A DNA stretch of 63,298 bases, counting the filler, from Neolecta irregularis DAH-3 (taxonomy: Eukaryota): NCBI GenBank assembly GCA_001929475.1. It is 4 parts of 4 records of this genome, joined end to end, with 100 filler letters (N's around TTAATTAATTAA, not from the genome) between each part and the next. Parts side by side here need not be neighbours in the genome. Positions count along the whole stretch, not along the records: positions 50,421 to 63,298 come from LXFE01000522.1; 3 more parts are not named here. The stretch is one strand, 5' to 3'. The translations under genes were made by a program, and so were the position numbers. The notes under the pieces are model-generated. The model was not told the origin of the DNA, did no database searches, and worked only from the letters and a program-made list of their open reading frames with translations. This document shows, piece by piece, positions 54,301 through 63,298 of the stretch; position 1 is the stretch's first letter; each line of letters begins with the position of its first letter.

Positions 54301-55318
54301 ATGACTTTATATCATATGGACCTTTCAGCTTCTGTACAGGGCCTTCGAGAGCAACTCGAAATGCTCAATCTTTCGACTAAAGGACATAAAGATGTTTTAA
54401 GACGACGCCTTCGTGAAGCGAGAAAGAAATCTCAAAAGCATGTTCATTTCAGGACTGATGGTCTTGTTGAGGTTATTGATGACAATTCGCCTAGGGCAAT
54501 CAGAAAGCACCAACCGAATGGCTTGGATTTGAAGCAATTGTGAGTGAATAAAATTGTGGTAATTCTTTGGTTGACTTGAAGCTGAGACGATATCTTTTGT
54601 TTATGGATTTCGAAGCCACTTGTATTGAGGGACATGGCCGTAATTTCAAACACGAAATCATCGAGTTTCCGTGTTTGATATATGATATTGAGCAGCAAGT
54701 AATCATCGACGAGTTTAAAACACATGTACGACCTTTGGAAAATCCAATACTGTCAGATTTTTGCATTCAGCTCACGAATATCCAACAGGTATGTTTCAAC
54801 CGGGACAACTGACCTTGTAGAGCGACGTAGACCAAGCTCCTACATTTTGTGAAGCTTTGGAGCTGTTTGAAAGATTCTTGGACAAGCATGAATCCTTGTT
54901 CGACCCTTCAATATTCTCTGTGCCTGTATCGCAGAGGTCACGGCAGAGGAAATGGTCTGGAATTGAGCGCAATTGGGCATTTGCCACTGATGGTCGATGG
55001 GATATTGAGTTGTTTCTTATTCAGCAAATGGGCATTGAGAAATTACCATACTATTTTTGTGGACCATACGTTGATGTTCGAGGGCTGTTTTCGGATTTTC
55101 TGCGCGAAAAACGTTGTTCCTTGGTCAATATGCTTAGGAAATGGGACTTGAAATTTGAAGGAACTGAGCATTGTGGGCGAGATGACGCATTCAACCTATC
55201 AAGAATAGTCTCTCGGCTCATTCAACAAGGATGCATTGTAGAGGCCAATCGGTGGATCCAACCTGACAAGACCCGGGGATGGATAATACCACGAAGATAT
55301 CCGCGTTATAAAGAATAA
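54301..55318 (+). CDS. ERI1: ERI1-like DEDDh 3'-5' exoribonuclease with SAP domain
   Basis: SAP LREQLEMLNLSTKGHKDVLRRRL; MDFEATC, EIIEFP, VRP..NPILSDFC.QLT.I.Q, TDGRWD, FEGTEHCGRDDA. Confidence 0.9.
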
Positions 55319-55385
55319 ATACAAAGCAAAAATGGCCCGCCAGATTAATACATATACCAAACTCTATACCTGTGAATGAAGTGCA

Positions 55386-56138
55386 TTACTCGTCACTCTC
55401 AAGAATTCCGTCCACCAGCTCTTGTAGCGGTTCGAATTCTTTCATTTCGACCAATCTACATATATTGGCAGGGAGTAGTAAAGGGAAATACTTGAATTCA
55501 CGACAAAAGAGGAAAAAATGCTTGAAGCTGGTGTTGAGATGGGGTTCGAGGCCCAAGGCGGTGATTACGGCGAAGTGGGCGCAGTAGATATGGCTATAGA
55601 CGCGGCTCATGCGCCTGCACATTGTTTTGACAATACTCAAAAAGGTCGGAGGGAAAGAGACGCCTGGCTTGGAGGGAAAGATGCGGTCGTCGTCGACGAT
55701 GATTTGGATGTAGCGGAGGAGGTTCTCGATATATTCCGAGGCGGGCAGTTTTGTGGGTTTCTTATACTTGTTGTTGTCCTGATAGTAGTACTCGTAGCTG
55801 GGATGAGCAGATGAACTGGGAATATCGTACCGTGGGCCTGCATTCATAATGGGACACGTCTCGGGGCCACAGACTTCTGCAACAGTGGCATAGAGCATGT
55901 TTGCATGGTTGTAAAAGTCGACGACTGGTGGTTAATAACAAAAGCTCCACAGTTCCTCACCATTCACCGCGAGCCATTCATCGACATCTTCACCCTCAGG
56001 CAACTGCACTGCCCGGCTTAAATTGCCTGGACCAAGGGAATACCGCGCAAATTCGCGTAGACGTGACGGCGCAGATCCCGGAACAGCCAGAGCAGGGCGG
56101 AATACGCGTGGGCGGTTGTGAAGTGCAAAGAAGGACAT
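55386..56138 (-). CDS. MOB1: MOB kinase activator Mob1
   Basis: VQLPEGEDVDEWLAVN, VDFYN, CPIMNAGPRY, RVYSHIYCAHF, LEPHLNTSFKHF. Confidence 0.92.
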
Positions 56139-56362
56139 GGAGTTGCAGTAACAGAACGAATATGGTGGAGCATCACACCAAGTACTCGCAGACACCCTAT
56201 ACTCCGAGATCATGCTCCAGAACTATATGCCAAACTGTGGGGATGTGCTCCAAAACTACTTGCTCAACTATATAAAAACGTTGGTTGGACACGGGACTTT
56301 GTTCCTTCCTCACCACCGACAAATCGCCCTACGCCGCCTGCTTCCTTTACCCTGCTGGTTCA

Positions 56363-57109
56363 ATGTTGCGCCGCGCCTTTGCACTTTCAGCTCGCGCTCG
56401 CTCATTTGTGCAGACAGAAATCACCCCGAATCCACATGCGCTCAAGTTTGTACCCGGAACTCAAATTCTGCCCCCTCAATCGCCGTCCGTTCAGTTTCTC
56501 GCCAGTAGAGAAACTGTTTCTTCGCCTCTTGCGCGCAAATTATTTGCCGTCGACGGAGTGCGTCCCTCGTGTGATTCTGTCGTGACCTTCAGGTGCGCTC
56601 CATCTTCTATGGCCCAGACTTTATCACCGTTGAAAAGCAGCCAGAGTCACACTGGGCCCATCTCAAACCAGAGATTTTTAGCGTCATTATGGAGTACATT
56701 TCATCGGGCCTCCCCATCCTCGCCCAGGTTGACCAGCCTATGGATACTCGCGTCGAAGACACTGACTCAGACGTAGTCGCTATGATCAAAGAGCTGCTCG
56801 ATACAAGAATTAGGCCTGCTATACAAGGTATCTCACAGCCCCATATCCGTGCCCATGATTCTAGAGGACGGAGGTGACATCGAGTACCGCGGCTTTGAGA
56901 ACGGTTACGTCAAGCTCAAGCTTCGCGGCGCTTGTCGGTCCTGCGAATCCAGCTCTGTTACTCTGAGAAATGGAATCGAGAGTATGTTAATGCATTATAT
57001 ACCCGATGTTCAGGGTGTGGAGCAAGTCTTGGATCCCGAAGAAGAGATCGCACTCAAGGAATTTGAAAAATTTGAGAGGGAGAAAGAGGCTAAAGCTCAA
57101 GCCAGGTAA
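56363..57109 (+). CDS. NFU1: Mitochondrial Fe-S carrier Nfu1
   Basis: [61 protein letters not shown]. Confidence 0.96.
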
Positions 57110-57397
57110 GCCAACAAGTAATTAACTTGTAGCACTTGCATTTGTTTAGGGAGGTTTGTGTTTGTTTGTCACTGCAACGCTAGTCGCGGACAATTTCTAA
57201 TACTAGTTGACGGAAATAGAAGTAGTCCGTGTGTGTAAGCTGTGATCTGCAGCAGAGGCTGCCGCAACCAGAAACCCAACCTTGTCCTTGTCTCCTTTTT
57301 TGTTCAGGAGAACGGCATAGACATCTCCATTTGCCGCAGTCTGACTAATGGTCGCTTAAGCCGTTATATCAGGTCAAGCCAGATCTGTGGAACCACA

Positions 57398-58853
57398 ATG
57401 TCTGGTTTCGTTCTATATCTTATATTCATTCTACCTGCTTACTTTCGTTCAACTCATGCCTTTTACTGTCTCGATCGCCTTAATCCTCTCGAATTCTCAC
57501 AAGCAGTAGTTGTCGAATGTTCGCCGCCGTCGCGTAAACGCAACATTACTCCAAGTCCCGACAATTCTATCTCTGCAGGCCTTAAAAATGTCCTCAAATT
57601 CCCCGCTGCAAATATCAAGACACTGCCCGTTCTACCCCAGCCAGACGGCAATGCAAAATCCATGATCCATATGGATGTCTCCTGTCACGATGGAGATAAT
57701 GCACTATGTGCAAATGTCAAATCGGCTCTAATTAAAACGGCCTCAACAATATCTCAGGAATATCTTCATGTTCGCCAAATTTTAATTCTAATAGGTAATA
57801 GCGTTCTCACAACCGCTCATGGTCAATGTAACCTTGCTCAGCTTTTGCGATCGTTTGGGAATTTGCAATGCAAACTTGGATATTATAACCAGCTTAGGTG
57901 AGAATCTCGCATAGATATACTGATATCAAAAAGGTTCTGCGGCACCTGCTCGTACCATTCCACTAGAGGACGAAGACAATGTTATCCGGTTTTATCCTCA
58001 GGCGCTAATCAAACAATTCAACCTAACGTCTGCCTTACTTTACGGCCCATATGATATCCAGGCCATATTTAATTCGGATTCCGAGTTCTCTTTCGATGAC
58101 TCGATTACAACAAACCAGTCTGATTTCCGTTACGTTTCTCTCCATGAATTAATCCATGGTCTTGGATTCACCAGCGCATGGGATGACTACGTTAATACGG
58201 CCGATCCTGTCAGCATTACCCCACATCTTTTGTTTGTATACCCAGATCCATCAAAACATAATGTCCATTTTGCTGGGTTTATAGAAAACGCATTTGATCG
58301 GTTTATACAGACGCCTACTGGCTCTTTATCTCAAAAAGCAGCCCAAATGAACCATGATTTTGGTCCTTCGACGGATTTCATTAGCGATGACGCATTGCTT
58401 CGAAGTTATCAGAACTCCCATGCATGGGACATCGGAAAAGATATACTGGTAGAAGCTTCGACCGCAAATACATTCAAATTCGATGGCAAAATCGTGCTTG
58501 AGACGAGTATCAAATTTAAAGCAGGATCTAGTGTTTCACATGTTAGTGCTGATCTCTATTCGTCTACCCAAGATTTCCTGATGCGGCACGTACAACAGCA
58601 AGGATCTACTCTCGAAGAATGTATACAAAAGCATGGTGATCCAGTCTACGGTGCATTCGGTCCTGGCCTCCGGGCAGTACTAGGGAATCTCGGATATCGA
58701 GTTCGCGGAGGAATCCCAACAAATGATCCTTCAAGGAAGGATTCGACCCTGGATTCGTCCAAAATCACACTTAAAGCATCTAGTCGATCTGATGCACAAA
58801 GAGGAGCCAGTTGGGTTACCTTGTTTCTTGGCCTTTGGCTGCTGTTGTTATAA
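57398..58853 (+). CDS. Secreted, probably GPI-anchored zincin-like protein (HEXXH)
   Basis: Signal peptide, GSAAPAR, FYPQALIKQ, DIQAIFNS, HELIHGLGF at 58143, GSSVSHV, hydrophobic C-terminus. Confidence 0.75.
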
Positions 58854-59694
58854 TCAATCTTGGTTTTTTAGACCTATCGCCCTTTTCCTGGAATGGGTGT
58901 AGTATAATTTCTACTGTTAATATTATTTTCTATCTCACAATACGTTGATACAATAAAATCATAAAACTCGCCGGCCATCGGAAGAGTTCCGGATCTTCCC
59001 GACCCTTGTTCATTTGCCATAAAAACTCGGCAAAAAGTTACCCTGACTTTCCCTCCACCAAGTTTCCCCTCTAAGTAAAAACATGGTATTCCTATTCCAT
59101 CTTGTCTGCTGCTAATTTTGAGCCCGAATCTAAAGGTGACGTCACCGCTGGTGCAAAACTATTCAAAGTAATAAAATAAACAGCTTTTTTGACAATTTTT
59201 GACCACCTCAGCAACGATGTCAACTTTGCCACACATGCAAAAAAGGCGAGGCACATAAAGTTGGTCCGAATTTGCATGGACTCTTTGGTCGAAAGTATTC
59301 AAGCCACATCTTGTGAAAGCGATTAATCGATCAGAACCGGACAAGCTAAAGGTTATTCATATACTGAGGCCAATATATCGAAAGCGGTCGTATGGAACGA
59401 AGACACTTTATTCGAATAGTATCTTCCATACCACTTGAATTTTCTCATTCCTAGTCTCTTGAATCCGAAAAAATACATTCCTGGAACGAAAATGGTTTTT
59501 GCCGGATTCAAGAAACCCCAGGATCGTCACGATGTCATAGCGTTCCTCAAGGAGGAAACGGCATAGATCTACGGTACAAGGCAACATGGAAAATCTCCTC
59601 TCAATATTAATCATAATAATACAATATGCTTTGAAATAACGCCCCTTAGCCTTATCTCCAATACCAAAACTCCTATTAAAGAATTTCAGTGTAT

Positions 59695-61997
59695 TCACTT
59701 CAATCCAAAACCCTGGCTACCGTCGACAGCGTCTCGGAATTTTGATTCAAATTTTCCAAGTGTACGATAACGATAAAGACAGATTTGATTAAAGCACGTG
59801 TGCGCAATCGGAAGGCGATTGCTGTCATCCCCGAGTATAGATATCTTGAACATCATATTCGCACTGCCGGTTGCTGGTATCCGATCTGATCCCGTGATAA
59901 AACTCAGGATTTTTCTTTGATATGCTGCTTCGACATTGGACCAAAACGACCAAAACCAAGAGATGACACTCTCTTTTTCCGGGTTGAGCGTGCCGTCATA
60001 TGTCGCGACGGCACACAAATCCAAAACGTTCAGTGGATCTGGAGAACCGATGACCAAGGCCTGAATCTCTTCCGGGCGAAACAGCGATAATGCGTTCCCT
60101 CCACATACATGATAGAATCCGCGTTTGAACGGTTCGAATTGTTTGGCAATCGAGGTATCCAATAGGAATACAACATATTTCTCCGCATAGTCTTCCTGTC
60201 AACCGAAAGTCATAAATGGAAATACCGCGGCGGTTCTCATTTGTTACAGGTATCGATTCTCCACCTGGACATAACGGATGTCGTTCAACCATTTCAAAGA
60301 CTTCCAGTTCTCCGATAAAATCGCGACAGAACATGGTTTCAACATCGCCTTCATATTCAAGTAATTGTTTCAGACCTCTGGCCAACCCAGGTCTTATATC
60401 AAGCAAATCATCTAATGAACAAGGCTGCCCCAACAGCTTTTTGTACATCGCCAAAGGTAGCGGAATATCCAGGATGGTCGAATTGTACATTGCCAATCCA
60501 AGCACCAATCCGAGCAAATAAAAATTATCACTGACTTCGAATGTGAATGGATTGAACCAACAATAGCAGGCATCTTCGTCACGCGTAAACATTCCTGAAG
60601 ATAAGAAAACCATAGTGAAAGATCATCATACCATACTGTGGATCGAAGATTTGTCGGCATAACAAAAGAAACCACTCCTTTCGTAATCCACCTGCATCAA
60701 CACCATCTTCTCCGATAAACTCAATCCTCAATCCCTTCTTGATTTCCATTTCGTTTCTCCCAAGCTGGGCGAGTGAATCTTCGATGATACACGATCTTCT
60801 GACCTTGAGAAGGAGGTGTGGATGAACTGCCCTTCGTTGAAAAAGTGTAGTAAAGAAGGCCTGAAATCAAATGATCTATATAGAAGCAGAAATATACCTC
60901 GCGAGCCTTCAATTCCATCTGACGTTTGGCGTCATATTCCATTATTGAGATTTTGGAGCCAATCGACAAAAGAAAAGGATATTGACAAAAAGAGAATTTC
61001 TGCAATCTCTGTTCCCAGTTGGCAAAATCGTTGATGAGATCCACGTAGTCTACAAGGGTATTATAGAACGAGTTGACAGGTATGATGGGACTCTGGAGAT
61101 TCGCAGCAACTAAATGTCAATCAATGATGATGTATGCAAGTACAAAAGAGAGCAATTGTTCGAGCTGCACAGCGAATTTTCCAGTCGCATGAATAGCTAA
61201 GAGAGGCTTCATCTGATCTTCCAGAAAGATGACGAGAAAGACGCGCAGAGATGAATCCATTCAACAAGTCCAGGCGCGTTTGGAAGATATCTGCAGGAAG
61301 CTTCGCGAACCAGCTGACGAGAAGATGATGCGATTGATTATCGAGATTACTCAAGTATCCACATAAACGCTTCAAAATCGACTGTGCTGTCCGACTTGAT
61401 CGATTCATTAACAAATGGTTTTCAAAAATAATTACTAGCACACGAACATCTGATGGTTTCCGAAGATCACGGGTAGGACGACGAAGAAGGGCGTCGATGG
61501 AAACTAAAAGCGGTCTGGTTAGAGGCTCGGGTATGAGTCTGTAGAATTCGCGCACATCCTCCAACGAGATTCCCGGATCGTCAGGAGAAAGTTCTTGATC
61601 CTTAAATATAAGAATTTCAGAATTACAGGCTTATACATTGAGGAAGCTCGAGTTCAGGGTATCTAGGGACGAAAAAGACCGCAGAATTAGATCACGTATA
61701 CACGTGTCATCCCCTGTGTTTTGGAATATCGTCAAATGTTCCTTCAAGCTGTTCAAAGAGAGTGCCTGGGTCATTCCTGAATCTATTTTCAATACTAGAA
61801 ATATGGTGAGTCGGACATACGGTGTTTGTTTGATTTGATATCGTTGACTGTTGAGCATATCGTACCTGCCATCAATTTGATCCATCAAAGTCTGTGAATA
61901 TACATTTAAAACATGAGATACCAGTTGGGAATCGCAGACTGGAATCGCAGCAAAAACAACGCCCAATAACGAGACCCGTCCTTGTCTCAGGTTCCAT
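59695..61997 (-). CDS. HUL4: HECT E3 ubiquitin ligase (Hul4/Mug30-like)
   Basis: FSFCQYPFLLSIGSK, GVDAGGLRKEWF, LGLAMYNSTILD, FITGSDRIP, RLPIAHTCFNQ. Confidence 0.88.
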
Positions 61998-62108
61998 TAA
62001 ATACAAGCGTGGTTTTCCCGCGGATTGCAGTGTGCCACGCGTGTTGCATACAAAACTCGGATGGTGGTTAAACGTGATCCGATAGCGTCACCTCACTCAA
62101 AATTCAGC

Positions 62109-62931
62109 ATGATCCAGCGGTCACCTGCAGAAATTTCGTATTTATCGACGCTTCTAGCTTCTGGCCAGAGACCAGACTCGCGAAAATCTTCAACATTTCG
62201 GCCGGTGACAATCCAAACGTCTGTGCTTCCTGCCGCTTTTGGGTCGAGTAGAGTTTCAGGACCAGCAGGCGAGATCATAGTCGGAATAAAAGCGCAAGTC
62301 GCCCCAGTTGGTGAATATCTGGTCTCCGTCGAAGTGTTTGTGTCGGGGAACTACTACATACTTATATTGTAGGGACGGCCATAAGGATGACGATCCCTTA
62401 CCGCTTCTCGTGAATGAGACTTTGCAACGACATATTCGTGCTTGTCTACCTCCAAAGACCCTTCAAATAACGACAAAATCTGCCTGGGTTGTCTATATAG
62501 ATGTCTATATTACTTCTTTCGATTCTCACCCACTCGAATTAGCATCACTTGCTGCTGTTCTAGCCCTCAGAGACACACGCTTACCTCAAACCATAATAGA
62601 AGATGACGAATACACGATATATGACGATTGGGAATCGGCCACTCTGATTCCAGGTATCGAGAACTTGGGGGCCCTCTCCATTGCCAATTGCTATCAATCT
62701 TTGATATTCTTCGATGCTTCCGCGGAAGAGGAGTTGGTATCGGATTTCCGGATAGCGGTCGGTGTCAATGGTCAGGGCTCTATAATTCTCACTCAATCGC
62801 TCCAGAGCCGTCGAGCTTTGAGGGCACCAAACATATCAAAAGTTTTAGAAAATGCTCGGGAAATCGCCTGCGAAATAGGTCATGTTGCAAAAGTTGGAGG
62901 TGGGGAGGGGACTGGCCTCTGGGCGAATTAG
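62109..62931 (+). CDS. RRP42: Exosome RNase PH-like subunit Rrp42
   Basis: SPAEISYL, RPDSRK..FRP, GSSRV, IVGIKAQV, WVVYIDV..S.DSHPL, FFDAS.EEE. Confidence 0.82.
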
Positions 62932-63063
62932 TCAAGTATCTTTCTTTACTCTTTCGTCAAAGGCAGGGTGCCCAGTATAAGCCTGATTACAATGCAATCC
63001 AATTATAGTTATATTCACTTATCGCCATTTTCCAATACAACCGAATCTTTGGAATATATTTAG

Positions 63064-63180
63064 CGCGCGTTTGGTACGCACCACATTTCATAAAATATGG
63101 CTTTTTAAAAAATTGGAATTTCAGGCGCGCGTTTGGTGCGCACCACACTTTATAAAACAATTAGGCGCCTGTTTGGTGCG
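63064..63180 (+). repeat. Three spaced copies of GCG(C/T)GTTTGGT(A/G)CG-like motif
   Basis: Copies near 63064, 63127 and 63165; the first two extend about 30 bp (..CACCACA(T/C)TT(C/T)ATAAAA). Confidence 0.7.
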
Positions 63181-63298
63181 GAGTGACATAACGTGGGAAA
63201 ATAACCCACTGTTAGATTCTCAGCTTGGACAGAGAGGTATGCGACAACGCACAAGAAGCAGCTATTTAATATAGTTCATTCATTTATAGCAGTCACAC

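Overview
Gene-dense, intron-rich fungal genomic DNA. The very short 30-50 nt introns and the gene content suggest an early-diverging ascomycete (Taphrinomycotina, possibly Neolecta); this is inference only. The window joins several contigs: a 10-N gap at 131-140 and three N-TTAATTAATTAA-N assembly spacers. It holds about 35 mostly housekeeping genes, including mesA/AFI1, a monoglyceride lipase, BolA, acrB, MRPL36, VPS5, MIR1, TFIIIA, RPB6, myosin RLC, HSP90, ClpP, LYRM5, alpha-tubulin, REG1-like, bleomycin hydrolase, VPS10, COG3, FMP25, LPD1, two pepsin-family genes, EMW1, PML1, NSE3, an aldo-keto reductase, ERI1, MOB1, NFU1, a HEXXH metalloprotease-like gene, a HECT ligase and RRP42. It also has a truncated pogo-type transposon, pseudogene remnants and tandem repeats. 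The most unusual signals lie at 50.4-55.3 kb: a 37-bp tandem duplication in NSE3 that looks like a newborn intron, and a 114-bp near-perfect inverted duplication of the aldo-keto reductase 3' end that could form hairpin dsRNA, between a transposon remnant and ERI1. Gene names come from motifs recognised by eye and exon boundaries were spliced manually; no database search was run.
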